Sequence record: MZ311862.1
DNA from: Escherichia phage vB_EcoP_LNA3
Reading direction: 5' to 3' (one strand)
DNA length: 39,586 nucleotides
Shown: positions 27,209 to 37,851 of the stretch, one piece after another
How positions within the stretch are numbered: the stretch's first letter is position 1
Layout: every line of letters starts with the position of its first letter
The notes under the pieces: generated by a model
What the model was told of the DNA's origin: nothing
Seen by the model: only the letters and a program-made list of their open reading frames with translations
Database searches by the model: none
Made by a program: the position numbers and the translations under genes

Positions 27209-27424
27209 ATGATTAAACTTATCGAATTTCTAGGTCGTCTGGTGGTGCGTGGTTATCGTCGTGCTGCGGTACTGGAACGAAAGGTAGAAAAGAAGACTGC
27301 TGATGGCGCGGCTGATGCTGCTGCTCTGGCTGACAAGCTGACCATCGCGTCACTGGAAGCTGGCATGAAGGCTCGTCAGGCTGATACCAAAGCTGACAAG
27401 TTGTCTCAGTTCTTCAAAGACTAA
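27209..27424 (+). CDS. hypothetical protein
   Basis: 71-aa Ala/Lys-rich ORF with AAGGAG Shine-Dalgarno. Confidence 0.5.
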   Translation: MIKLIEFLGRLVVRGYRRAAVLERKVEKKTADGAADAAALADKLTIASLEAGMKARQADTKADKLSQFFKD

Positions 27425-27440
27425 ACTATCACCTTAGGGA
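27422..27440 (+). promoter_or_regulatory. degenerate phage-promoter-like sequence (phi3.8/phi4 position)
   Basis: TAAACTATCACCTTAGGGA differs from the consensus at -4 and -3; function uncertain. Confidence 0.35.
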
Positions 27441-27492
27441 TGGGACCATGAGTCCTGTCCCTTTGTTCGCATTTGTGACTAAGGAGTGACCG

Positions 27493-27672
27493 ATGGTTAC
27501 AGTTATTCTAGTTCTAACGCTTATCAGTGGTAGTGGGCAAACTATCAGCCAAGTACCTATAACAGCACCAACATTACAGGACGCATTCACAATATGTGAC
27601 CAGTCCGGCTCAAAGTGGGCCGACAAGTTTGGCGATGTCTCAAACGTTGCAGCAGGGTATGAGTGTATTTAA
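27493..27672 (+). CDS. small putative secreted or membrane protein (hypothetical)
   Basis: 59 aa (MVTVILVLTLISGSGQ...) with AAGGAG 6 nt upstream; bracketed by 12-bp direct repeats TAAGGAGTGACC at 27480 and 27670; below the ORF-track cutoff. Confidence 0.45.
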   Translation: MVTVILVLTLISGSGQTISQVPITAPTLQDAFTICDQSGSKWADKFGDVSNVAAGYECI

Positions 27673-27679
27673 GGAGTGA

Positions 27680-29383
<1,704 letters not shown>

Positions 29384-29434
29384 ATGTCAATGCCCTGAGT
29401 GCGATTGGAAGTCACCATACGGAGGACACCATTA

Positions 29435-29599
29435 GTGTTTAAGAAACTTAAAGCTCGATACCATCGGTTCATGTACAAATGGTGGAGCGATGAAGCAACC
29501 TGCCTGTCGAACATTCTGGGAGACCAGCGGTTCAACTCTGCGGCATGGAAGAAAGCCAACCGGAAGTTCATGTATCACTTCTTGCGTACAGACTTCTAG
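29435..29599 (+). CDS. hypothetical small protein (gene 4.3/4.5 position)
   Basis: 54 aa from GTG 29435, 8 nt after GGAGGA; the track's 29399 start is also non-ATG with no Shine-Dalgarno. Confidence 0.4.
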   Translation: MFKKLKARYHRFMYKWWSDEATCLSNILGDQRFNSAAWKKANRKFMYHFLRTDF

Positions 29600-29602
29600 G
29601 TC

Positions 29603-29645
29603 TAGACTCAAGGTCATTCATAGCGAGTGGCCTTTATGATTAGAC
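29603..29645 (+). ncRNA. conserved hairpin element, candidate RNase III site (T7 R4.7 position)
   Basis: TAGACTCAAGGTCAT-TCATAGCGA-GTGGCCTTTATGATTAGAC; third copy of the stem. Confidence 0.45.
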
Positions 29646-29663
29646 TAAAGCGGAGGATTAACC

Positions 29664-31835
29664 ATGTTTGACCTTAAGAGTATCTGGGGTTCTGACATCG
29701 AGACCAACGGTCTCCTTGATACAGTCTCCCAGTTTCACTGTGGGGTCCTGATTAACGCCGAGTCGAATGAGACCCTTAAGTATGGGGTAGCTCCGATGGT
29801 CGGTATCGTCGGCGGCTTCAAAGAGTATGTTCATAAAGTGGAAGAGATTGCCGCATCACCTGATGGTATGCTGGTATTCCATAACGGTATCAACTATGAC
29901 GTCCCGGCTATAGACAAGCTGAAGCGTTTGTACTTTGGGAAACGCTTTAACTTCCCGAAACATAAGATGATTGATACCTTGGTGCTGGGACGCTTGATGT
30001 ATCCAAACATTAAGTTCTCAGACATGGGCGCGGTGAAAGCTGGTCGTCTGCCACCTAAGATGATGGGACGCCAGTCTCTTGAGGCTTGGGGCTATCGTCT
30101 CGGTGAGATGAAAGGTGAGTACAAACACGATTACGTTGCCAAGTGCAAGGCTGAAGGTATCGAATATAAGGCTGGGGACGAATGGTTGTTCCCGTCTCAG
30201 GAGATGCTGGACTATAACGTTCAAGACGTTGTGGTCACACTGGCGTTGTTCAAGAAGTTCCTGACTGACAAGTATTACTTCCAGTCTGAACAGTTCGCTT
30301 TCGACCAGATTTATGCGTTGCGTCTGGAACATGATGCTGCGTGGACCTGTGCGAAGATGGAACGTAACGGCTATCCGATGAACACCGAGATGGTCGAAGG
30401 TTTATATCGTGAACTCACCGTCAAACGTGCAGAGCTGCTGGACAAGCTGCGTTCGACTTTCGGCAGCTGGTACGCACCAAAGGGAGGCAAGGAGTTCTTC
30501 AAGCACCCACGGACAGGCAAGGACCTTCCGAAGTATCCGCGCGTCGTGTATCCTAAGGTCGGGTCAGTATTCAAGAAGCCGAAGAACAAAGCTCAACGCT
30601 TAGGTCTGGAGCCTTGCGAGTTCGACTCACGAGACACGATGGAAGGAGCACCGTTCACGCCAATCACTTACGTTGAGTTTAATCCGGGGAGCGGAGACCA
30701 CTTAGCGAAAGTCTTGATGGAGCGTGGTTGGGAGCCTGTTGACTTCACTGACACTGGGAAACCTGTAGTCGATGACGAGACGTTGGAACACGTTAAGTTA
30801 CCAGACGCAGAGGCTCAGGCTTGCGTAGAGCTGGTCCGTGAGTATCTGGTAGTCCAGAAGCGTATCGGACAGGCTGCTGAAGGTAAGAACGCATGGTTGA
30901 AACTTGTAGGTCCAGACGGGCGTATGCACGGTTCAATCAACCCTTGTGGAGCAGTAACCGGACGTGCGACACATAGTTCACCAAACATGGCTCAGGTCCC
31001 GGCTAACGGTGCTCCATATGGTGAGACTTGCCGTGGTGCTTTCGGTGCAGCGTGGAACAAGAAGGACGGTAAGCCAGACCCTTGGATTCAAGTAGGCGTG
31101 GATGCTTCAGGTCTTGAGCTTCGTTGTCTGGGGAACCGAGCGGCTCCGTTTGATGGTGGTGCCTATGCGAAGACTGTGGTAGAAGGTGACATCCACTGGG
31201 CCAACGCAGTAAACGCTGGGTTAGCACCTAACGTCCCACGCGATAAGTCGAACCACGACCATGATGCTTTCCGTAACAACGCTAAGACGTTCATCTATGC
31301 GTTCCTGTATGGTGCAGGGGCCGCTAAGATTGGACTGATAGTAGGCGGTGGTAAGAAGGAAGGTTCAGCTCTCATGAAGAAATTCATTGAGGGTACACCA
31401 GCTATTAAAGACCTCAGGGAAGCTGTGCGTAATACGTTAATATCAGACTCTAAGTGGGTGGACGGAGAGAACATCGTCAAGTGGAAACGCCGTTGGTTGC
31501 GTGGACTTGATGGTCGTCGTATCCACATCCGGTCTCCGCACTCAGCACTTAACGCCTTACTTCAAGGTGATGGTGCGGTAGTATGTAAGCACTGGATTGT
31601 CGAGACTGAACGTATGCTCGAAGAGGCAGGGTATGTTCACGGCTGGGAAGGTGACTTTGCGTACATGGCTTGGGTGCATGACGAATTGCAGATTGCGTGT
31701 CGTACTCAGGAGATTGCCGAAGAAGTCGTAAAGATTGCTCAACTTGCTATGCGTAAGGTGGGTGAGTTCTATAACTTTAAATGTGTCATTGATACCGAAG
31801 GTAAGATTGGACCAACGTGGAAGGAGTGTCACTAA
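29664..31835 (+). CDS. DNA polymerase (gp5, family A)
   Basis: 723 aa collinear with T7 DNA polymerase (SDIETNGLL...FHCGV, ...SLEAWGYRLGEMKGEYK..., ending GPTWKECH). Confidence 0.96.
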   Translation: MFDLKSIWGSDIETNGLLDTVSQFHCGVLINAESNETLKYGVAPMVGIVGGFKEYVHKVEEIAASPDGMLVFHNGINYDVPAIDKLKRLYFGKRFNFPKHKMIDTLVLGRLMYPNIKFSDMGAVKAGRLPPKMMGRQSLEAWGYRLGEMKGEYKHDYVAKCKAEGIEYKAGDEWLFPSQEMLDYNVQDVVVTLALFKKFLTDKYYFQSEQFAFDQIYALRLEHDAAWTCAKMERNGYPMNTEMVEGLYRELTVKRAELLDKLRSTFGSWYAPKGGKEFFKHPRTGKDLPKYPRVVYPKVGSVFKKPKNKAQRLGLEPCEFDSRDTMEGAPFTPITYVEFNPGSGDHLAKVLMERGWEPVDFTDTGKPVVDDETLEHVKLPDAEAQACVELVREYLVVQKRIGQAAEGKNAWLKLVGPDGRMHGSINPCGAVTGRATHSSPNMAQVPANGAPYGETCRGAFGAAWNKKDGKPDPWIQVGVDASGLELRCLGNRAAPFDGGAYAKTVVEGDIHWANAVNAGLAPNVPRDKSNHDHDAFRNNAKTFIYAFLYGAGAAKIGLIVGGGKKEGSALMKKFIEGTPAIKDLREAVRNTLISDSKWVDGENIVKWKRRWLRGLDGRRIHIRSPHSALNALLQGDGAVVCKHWIVETERMLEEAGYVHGWEGDFAYMAWVHDELQIACRTQEIAEEVVKIAQLAMRKVGEFYNFKCVIDTEGKIGPTWKECH

Positions 31836-31993
31836 TGGCTATTACTTATAGCGAGCAGGAGGTCAAAGACCTGATGCGGTCAGCTTGGTGGTGTGGACAC
31901 GAGGAGTCTCGTTATAGTCCAAACCTCAGTGGACAGTGCAGTCGAGACATTCGTGAAATTCTGAAAGAACATAACGAAGAAGGGGAAGACTAA
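31835..31993 (+). CDS. hypothetical small protein (gene 5.3 position)
   Basis: 52-aa ORF starting in a TAATGG overlap with the gp5 stop; shares the 16-bp start context ACTAATGGCTATTACT with the next gene; below the ORF-track cutoff. Confidence 0.45.
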   Translation: MAITYSEQEVKDLMRSAWWCGHEESRYSPNLSGQCSRDIREILKEHNEEGED

Positions 31994-32277
31994 TGGCTAT
32001 TACTAAACGTATTCGTGTAAGTTTCGACCTGAAGCTGGTTGTCAACTCAAAGGAAGAAGAGACCATGTGTCGCCAACTGGCTGAGTTGACTAAAGCCTAC
32101 GCTGAGGGTGAGAAGCTGGATGGACTTCAGTTGGTTCTGGTCAAAGCAGCAATCGAGTCAGGCCCTGAGTCTGCCCTTGAGATTGCCGCCAAGAAGACCA
32201 TCAAGGAGGAGCTGGTAGACGCCTTTGATGATGGTAAGTTCGGAGTATCCAACCTGCGATTCGAGGTCAAGCAATGA
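31993..32277 (+). CDS. gp5.5-like protein (T7 gp5.5 binds host H-NS)
   Basis: 94 aa; MAITKRIRVSFDL matches the T7 gp5.5 N-terminus (MAMTKRFKVSFDV). Confidence 0.7.
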   Translation: MAITKRIRVSFDLKLVVNSKEEETMCRQLAELTKAYAEGEKLDGLQLVLVKAAIESGPESALEIAAKKTIKEELVDAFDDGKFGVSNLRFEVKQ

Positions 32278-32483
32278 GTGAATACTTACGGGTCCTAGCG
32301 GCCCTTAAGTCCTGCCCGAAGACCTTCCAGTCCAACTATGTGCGCAACAACGCTGCACTGGTGGCTGAGGCTGCGAGTCGTGGACATCTAAGCTGCCTGT
32401 CTATGGATGGGCGTAACAACGGTGCGTGGGAGATTACCGCTGCTGGCACCAAGTTCCTGAACCAACATGGAGGCTGTCTATGA
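32274..32483 (+). CDS. gp5.7-like protein
   Basis: 69 aa (same as T7 gp5.7) with LKSCPKTFQSNYVRNNAALVAEAASRGH...GAWEITAAGTKFL near-identical to T7. Confidence 0.85.
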   Translation: MSEYLRVLAALKSCPKTFQSNYVRNNAALVAEAASRGHLSCLSMDGRNNGAWEITAAGTKFLNQHGGCL

Positions 32484-32935
32484 AGATACCTGAAAGTCTG
32501 AAAGAGCTGGTCCTTGACATAGGTGAGTGTGAGTGCGAGAAGGAGCACCGCAAGTACGCTGAGTTCTACGCATCTTGGTCATACACCTTGACAGAGAATG
32601 ACGTTGAGTCATATACCGAGTCTCCCGCTGAGGCCTATGAGTGGCGTCAGTTCATCGGGCTGACCATCGTAGCCAGTGGTATGTGGAATGACAGCTACGG
32701 TTCAGAGGTAAATGACTGGGGAGTATATCGCCAGGTTGAGAAGGAGACTGAGATGTCTTCAAACTTCTGGAACCTGATGTCCCACCTCAACTCAGATGAC
32801 AACGACATGGCACATGAGTTCGCAAACAAATGGCTGAAGCCTGAGGTGACTCTGGAACGTATTGAGGAGCCTAAAGTTCCCTTGATTCCATATGCAGTCG
32901 CTATGGCTACAGGAGGTCTGGACGATGGGTGCTGA
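32480..32935 (+). CDS. acidic hypothetical protein (gene 5.9 position, about three times larger)
   Basis: 151 aa from ATG 32480 (GGAGG upstream, ATGA overlap with the gp5.7 stop); Asp/Glu-rich. Confidence 0.55.
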   Translation: MKIPESLKELVLDIGECECEKEHRKYAEFYASWSYTLTENDVESYTESPAEAYEWRQFIGLTIVASGMWNDSYGSEVNDWGVYRQVEKETEMSSNFWNLMSHLNSDDNDMAHEFANKWLKPEVTLERIEEPKVPLIPYAVAMATGGLDDGC

Positions 32936-33794
32936 GAAGAAGATAGCTCTTGTTCTTGATGGCGATTACCTAGTATTCTCTTCTATGGCTGCTGCCGAGG
33001 ACGAGACAGACTGGGGTGATGACATCTGGACCCTTATCTGCGACCACGAGAAGGCTCGCCGTATCCTTGAGAACACCATCGCTGAAATCGTTAAGAAGCG
33101 CAAGGCGTGGAAAGACGCTAAGATTGTGATGTGCTTTACTGATGATAACAACTGGCGTAAGGACGTTTTGCCTACCTATAAGGCTAACCGTAAGGGTTCT
33201 CGCAAGCCTGTAGGTTACAAGAAGTTCGTAGACGAAGTGATGGATGATCCACGGTTCAACAGCTTCCTGCGTCCAACGCTTGAGGGCGATGATTGTATGG
33301 GTATCATCGGGACCAGACCTCAGATTGTCGGATGCGACCATGCGGTGCTGGTGTCCTGCGATAAGGACTTCAAGACCATCCCGAACTGTGAGTTCTTCTG
33401 GTTAACCACTGGTGAAATCCTGAGTCATACGACTTCCGAGGCAGACTACTGGCACATGGAGCAGACCATCAAGGGTGACACTACAGATGGCTACGGCGGT
33501 ATTCCGGGGATGGGTGAGGACACCACTCGTGCATTCCTTGACGAACCGTACTACTTCGTGCAGGAGAGCCGCGAGCTTAAGACTGGCAAGAACAAAGGCC
33601 AGATTAAGACTGAGTGGAAGAAGTATCCGAAGCGTGAAGACATGACGCTGTGGGACTGCATGGTTACACTGGCTGCTAAGGCTGGCATGACCGAGGAGGA
33701 ACTTCTGGTCCAAGCTCAGGTCGCTCGTATTTGTCGAGCATCTGACTATGACCCTAAGTCCAAGGAGGTCATCCTATGGACACCATCCATGTAA
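32925..33794 (+). CDS. 5'-3' exonuclease (gp6)
   Basis: 289 aa from ATG 32925 (AGGAGG upstream); CDHEKARRILEN, NWRKDVLPTYKANRK, LEGDDCMGIIG and SCDKDFKTIPNCEF match T7 gp6. Confidence 0.92.
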   Translation: MGAEKKIALVLDGDYLVFSSMAAAEDETDWGDDIWTLICDHEKARRILENTIAEIVKKRKAWKDAKIVMCFTDDNNWRKDVLPTYKANRKGSRKPVGYKKFVDEVMDDPRFNSFLRPTLEGDDCMGIIGTRPQIVGCDHAVLVSCDKDFKTIPNCEFFWLTTGEILSHTTSEADYWHMEQTIKGDTTDGYGGIPGMGEDTTRAFLDEPYYFVQESRELKTGKNKGQIKTEWKKYPKREDMTLWDCMVTLAAKAGMTEEELLVQAQVARICRASDYDPKSKEVILWTPSM

Positions 33795-33868
33795 TTTACT
33801 GGGTCGGACTTCTTGCCCTTTACTGCATGTACAAGTGGTTCGGGTCGAACAACCGCCCTAAACACTGA
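33776..33868 (+). CDS. small hydrophobic protein (gene 6.3 position)
   Basis: 30-aa ORF with AAGGAGG 7 nt upstream, overlapping the gp6 3' end. Confidence 0.35.
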   Translation: MDTIHVIYWVGLLALYCMYKWFGSNNRPKH

Positions 33869-33922
33869 GTCTAGCCGATAGTCATATCCTATCAATCCAA
33901 CAGTCATCCATAGGTGAAACAC

Positions 33923-33941
33923 TAAACTATCACTATAGGGA
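33923..33941 (+). promoter_or_regulatory. phage RNA polymerase promoter (phi6.5 position)
   Basis: TAAACTATCACTATAGGGA, exact consensus. Confidence 0.8.
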
Positions 33942-34004
33942 CTTTAGGACCTAAGATATGACTATAAGATAGACTTTAGTCTTAACTTAAAGAGGAGATT
34001 CAAG

Positions 34005-34277
34005 ATGGCTCTTAATGCTATTGAAAACGTTGTTAAGCAGTTACAGGAAGAAAGACTCGATGTCCCTAACATCTCCCAGTCTGCTATCCAGTTCCTGCAC
34101 GTATTGTTCAACGCAAGCTACGCTGAGAAGATGGGAGTTATCAGTCTCCTCAAGCAGCAAGGCTACAGCGATGCGTTCATTGCCGGGTTCATCAAGGGTC
34201 TCCAGTATTGTTCTGACACTCTCGACTCTGCGATTTCTATGCGTCGTGAGCTGAAAGATACCGTTCAGTTTGATTAA
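34005..34277 (+). CDS. hypothetical protein (gene 6.5 position)
   Basis: 90-aa ORF with AAGAGGAG Shine-Dalgarno. Confidence 0.6.
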   Translation: MALNAIENVVKQLQEERLDVPNISQSAIQFLHVLFNASYAEKMGVISLLKQQGYSDAFIAGFIKGLQYCSDTLDSAISMRRELKDTVQFD

Positions 34278-34291
34278 CTGTAGGAGGGACT

Positions 34292-34516
34292 ATGTGTTTC
34301 AGTCCGAAGATTAGCACTCCGAAGCCTTCGGTCCAAGCACCTGAGCCAGCACCTCTGAGTGAGGAAGTTGCGTCAGTTGACATCGGGGCTGAATCAGATG
34401 TGGACACCAACGAGACCAAAGGTATCAAAGACCTGAAGGTCAAGAAGGAGTCTGCACCTAAAGATAAATCGTCAGTAAGTCGCGCTATGCGTAACTCTGG
34501 CGTCAACATGGGGTAA
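34292..34516 (+). CDS. gp6.7-like virion protein
   Basis: 74 aa; MCFSPKISTPK...EPAPL matches the T7 gp6.7 N-terminus. Confidence 0.8.
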   Translation: MCFSPKISTPKPSVQAPEPAPLSEEVASVDIGAESDVDTNETKGIKDLKVKKESAPKDKSSVSRAMRNSGVNMG

Positions 34517-34520
34517 GACA

Positions 34521-34925
34521 ATGCTACCATATCTCAACTCACGCGAAGGTCGCCACATGTGCGCTTGTCGCCTCTGGGAAGACGGGCAGTCTAACTTCAA
34601 GTCATTCGAGGACTTCAAGGCTCATACTTACCGTATGGCTGACGAGTTCGACGGTGAAGAATACACAATCTACGATGTATCAGGTCAACCAGTAGCGTAT
34701 CTCTACATGCTGGCTACCGCATCTTGGCACAGACCGACTCCCGGTCTTGACCTTTCAATCGTCGCTATTCGTCGTGACTCGCAGTCCTACCGCAAGGTTC
34801 TTGAGACTGTCAGACGCATCATAGACGAAGAGTGCAAGCGTTGGGGTCTTGGCTGGTATTCTCGTGTCAAGCATGTTTCTGGGTCGGTAGACATCGTAAC
34901 AACTAAGGAGATTAACCGTGGGTAA
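34521..34925 (+). CDS. gp7-like virion protein
   Basis: 134 aa (T7 gp7 133 aa) at the syntenic position. Confidence 0.65.
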   Translation: MLPYLNSREGRHMCACRLWEDGQSNFKSFEDFKAHTYRMADEFDGEEYTIYDVSGQPVAYLYMLATASWHRPTPGLDLSIVAIRRDSQSYRKVLETVRRIIDEECKRWGLGWYSRVKHVSGSVDIVTTKEINRG

Positions 34926-35166
34926 ATCAATCAGTAAGGCTTTCAAGAAAGTGGTGAAAAGTACGTTAGGGACAGTAGGTCTTGGCTCTGACGATGCACC
35001 TAAGGTTGTTGAGGCCCAGACCCCAGCAGCACCAGTGGAAGTACCGAACGATAAAGTGGAAGATGTGGATACCGAAGCAACCGCATCTGACGAGAAGAAA
35101 GTGAAGCGTTCAGGTAAGCGTAGCCTTCAGGTCTCTCGCACCTCTGGTGGTGGTATTTCTATTTAA
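34918..35166 (+). CDS. gp7.3-like tail-associated protein
   Basis: 82 aa; MGKSISKAFKKVVKS... ending ...SLQVSRTSGGGISI, like T7 gp7.3 (...SLSVARSSGGGINI). GTG start 7 nt after TAAGGAG. Confidence 0.75.
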   Translation: MGKSISKAFKKVVKSTLGTVGLGSDDAPKVVEAQTPAAPVEVPNDKVEDVDTEATASDEKKVKRSGKRSLQVSRTSGGGISI

Positions 35167-35177
35167 GGAGGTGACGA

Positions 35178-36746
35178 ATGGCTGAACGTGAAGGGTTCGC
35201 TGCTGAAGGAGCCAAAGCGGTCTATGACCGCCTGAAGAACGGTAGACAGCCATATGAGACACGCGCTCAGAATTGTGCTGCTGTCACTATCCCGTCACTG
35301 TTTCCTAAGGAGTCCGACAACTCGTCTACTGAGTACACCACTCCGTGGCAAGCTGTAGGTGCTAGATGTTTGAACAACTTGGCTGCAAAGCTGATGTTGG
35401 CATTATTCCCCCAGTCACCGTGGATGCGACTTACAGTCTCCGAATATGAGGCTAAGACCTTGAGTCAGGACTCAGAGGCTGCTGCTCGTGTTGACGAGGG
35501 GCTTGCTATGGTCGAGCGTGTGTTGATGGCCTACATGGAGACAAACAGTTTCCGTGTGCCATTGTTCGAAGCTCTGAAGCAGCTTATAGTCTCCGGTAAC
35601 TGTCTGCTCTACATTCCAGAGCCTGAACAGGGAACCTACAGTCCCATGCGAATGTACCGCTTAGTGTCTTACGTTGTTCAACGTGATGCGTTCGGTAACA
35701 TCTTGCAGATTGTGACTCTCGACAAGGTAGCGTTTAGTGCTCTACCGGAAGACGTGAAGTCTCAACTCAACGCAGACGACTATGAGCCTGACACCGAGCT
35801 GGAAGTGTATACGCACATTTACCGTCAGGACGACGAATATCTACGCTACGAGGAAGTGGAAGGCATTGAGGTAGCAGGGACCGAGGGTTCCTACCCACTG
35901 ACTGCATGTCCATACATCCCGGTACGAATGGTTCGACTGGATGGTGAAGACTACGGTCGTTCTTACTGCGAGGAGTATCTGGGAGACCTGAACTCGCTGG
36001 AGACGATTACAGAAGCTATCACTAAAATGGCTAAGGTAGCCTCCAAGGTGATTGGCCTCGTTAACCCGAACGGTATCACGCAACCTCGACGTCTGAACAA
36101 GGCGGCTACAGGTGAGTTCGTGGCTGGTCGCGTTGAGGACATCAACTTCCTGCAACTGACGAAAGGTCAGGACTTTACGATTGCCAAGTCGGTGGCTGAT
36201 GCTATCGAGCAACGTTTAGGCTGGGCCTTCCTTCTTAATAGTGCTGTTCAGCGTAATGCCGAGCGAGTCACTGCTGAAGAGATTCGTTATGTTGCTGGCG
36301 AACTGGAGGCGACCTTAGGTGGCGTGTACTCAGTACAGTCACAAGAGCTTCAGTTACCTATCGTCCGTGTTCTGATGAACCAGCTTCAGTCTGCTGGAAT
36401 GATTCCTGACCTTCCGAAAGAAGCGGTAGAGCCTACTGTCTCCACTGGTCTGGAAGCGTTAGGTCGTGGTCAAGACTTAGAGAAGCTGACTCAGGCGGTG
36501 AACATGATGACTGGACTTCAGCCTCTGGCTCAGGACCCGGACATCAACTTGCCGACCCTTAAGCTGCGACTCCTGAACGCTCTGGGTATAGACACCGCTG
36601 GATTACTCCTGACGCAAGACGAGAAGATTCAGCGCATGGCTGAACAGTCGTCTCAACAGGCAGTAGTCCAAGGTGCTGGTGCTGCTGGTGCCAACATGGG
36701 AGCTGCTGTAGGTCAGGGAGCTGGTGAGGACATGGCTCAAGCCTAA
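35178..36746 (+). CDS. head-to-tail connector / portal protein (gp8)
   Basis: 522 aa collinear with T7 gp8 (YETRAQNCA..TIPSLFPK, TPWQAVGAR, AFGN.LQ.VT.D, LGGVYS..SQELQLP). Confidence 0.95.
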   Translation: MAEREGFAAEGAKAVYDRLKNGRQPYETRAQNCAAVTIPSLFPKESDNSSTEYTTPWQAVGARCLNNLAAKLMLALFPQSPWMRLTVSEYEAKTLSQDSEAAARVDEGLAMVERVLMAYMETNSFRVPLFEALKQLIVSGNCLLYIPEPEQGTYSPMRMYRLVSYVVQRDAFGNILQIVTLDKVAFSALPEDVKSQLNADDYEPDTELEVYTHIYRQDDEYLRYEEVEGIEVAGTEGSYPLTACPYIPVRMVRLDGEDYGRSYCEEYLGDLNSLETITEAITKMAKVASKVIGLVNPNGITQPRRLNKAATGEFVAGRVEDINFLQLTKGQDFTIAKSVADAIEQRLGWAFLLNSAVQRNAERVTAEEIRYVAGELEATLGGVYSVQSQELQLPIVRVLMNQLQSAGMIPDLPKEAVEPTVSTGLEALGRGQDLEKLTQAVNMMTGLQPLAQDPDINLPTLKLRLLNALGIDTAGLLLTQDEKIQRMAEQSSQQAVVQGAGAAGANMGAAVGQGAGEDMAQA

Positions 36747-36761
36747 ACTATCACTATAGGA
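36744..36761 (+). promoter_or_regulatory. phage RNA polymerase promoter (phi9 position)
   Basis: TAAACTATCACTATAGGA overlapping the gp8 stop codon. Confidence 0.75.
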
Positions 36762-36840
36762 ACAACACCGTAAGTCCAACTCTAGGTGAGTCAACTAGAC
36801 GAGGCAGGTGTTACCTATTAACTACCAAAGGAGAGACTTA

Positions 36841-37725
36841 ATGTCCCAATCAGTTTATGCCGAGTTCGGCGTTAGCCCTAATGCAATCACTGGCTCCGTT
36901 GAGGACCTTAACGAACACCAACAGTCTATGCTGGAGAAGGACGTAGCTGTCCGTGATGGCGATGACGCCATTACCTTCAAGCAACTGGAAGCCGAGCAGG
37001 AAGAGGCGACCGAAGAAGACGAGAACGTAGAAGAGACTGAGGGTGATGAAGACAACGAGTCCGATGACGAAGAGTCTGAGACCGATGATGATCAGCCTGA
37101 GTTCATCGAACTTGGTGATGCACCGAAAGAGCTGACTGAAAGTGTCACCGCTCTGGATGAAAACGAAGCTGCATTTGACGACATGGTGTCTTCTGCTGTA
37201 GAAGCTGGCAAGGTCACTGCTGATGAAATTACCGCTATCAAGGCTGAATACGCCAAGGACGGTAAGCTGTCTGACGCATCCTACGCTAAGTTGCAGGAAG
37301 CAGGTTACACCAAGCGCTTCGTAGATTCGTTTGTCCGTGGTCAGGAAGCTCTGGCTGAACAGTATGCCGCTGGTGTGGTTCGCTACGCTGGTGGTGCTGA
37401 ACAGTTTAATCGCATCCTGTCACACCTTGAGTCCAACGACCCGTCAACTCGTGAAGCATTGGAAGCTGCCATCGTTCGTAAGGACATTGCGACTACCAAA
37501 GCTCTGCTGAATCTGGCTGGCAAGACTCTGGGTAAAGCTGTGGGTGTTAAACCTCAGCGTACCATCACCACTCAGGCTAAACCTGTGGTCGCACCTAAGG
37601 CTCCTCAGACCGAAGCATTCAGCTCCAAGGCTGACATGATTAAGGCTATGAGTGACCCGCGATACCTGCGTGACGCTAAGTACACTATGGAAGTCCGCGC
37701 TAAGGTAGCTGCCTCAAGCCTGTAG
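36841..37725 (+). CDS. capsid assembly scaffolding protein (gp9)
   Basis: 294 aa from ATG 36841 (AAAGGAGAG upstream), highly acidic, C-terminal ...MIKAMSDPRY as in T7 gp9; the track's 36808 start lacks a Shine-Dalgarno. Confidence 0.9.
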   Translation: MSQSVYAEFGVSPNAITGSVEDLNEHQQSMLEKDVAVRDGDDAITFKQLEAEQEEATEEDENVEETEGDEDNESDDEESETDDDQPEFIELGDAPKELTESVTALDENEAAFDDMVSSAVEAGKVTADEITAIKAEYAKDGKLSDASYAKLQEAGYTKRFVDSFVRGQEALAEQYAAGVVRYAGGAEQFNRILSHLESNDPSTREALEAAIVRKDIATTKALLNLAGKTLGKAVGVKPQRTITTQAKPVVAPKAPQTEAFSSKADMIKAMSDPRYLRDAKYTMEVRAKVAASSL

Positions 37726-37728
37726 GAC

Positions 37729-37747
37729 TAAACTATCACTATAGGGA
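37729..37747 (+). promoter_or_regulatory. phage RNA polymerase promoter (phi10 position)
   Basis: TAAACTATCACTATAGGGA, exact consensus, about 105 bp upstream of the capsid gene. Confidence 0.85.
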
Positions 37748-37851
37748 TACCAATAGACAGACTCAAGGTTTCCCTATTACTTCAGTCCATACGGATTGGG
37801 CGTACAGTAAGTAATAAACTTTATCTTTCAATTGAATAGGAGAATTATCAT

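Noticed and set aside
32426-32479. Upstream start at 32426 for the acidic ORF given in the ORF track
   Set aside because: It would overlap gp5.7 by 58 nt with no ribosome-binding site; ATG 32480 has GGAGG upstream and a coupled ATGA overlap.
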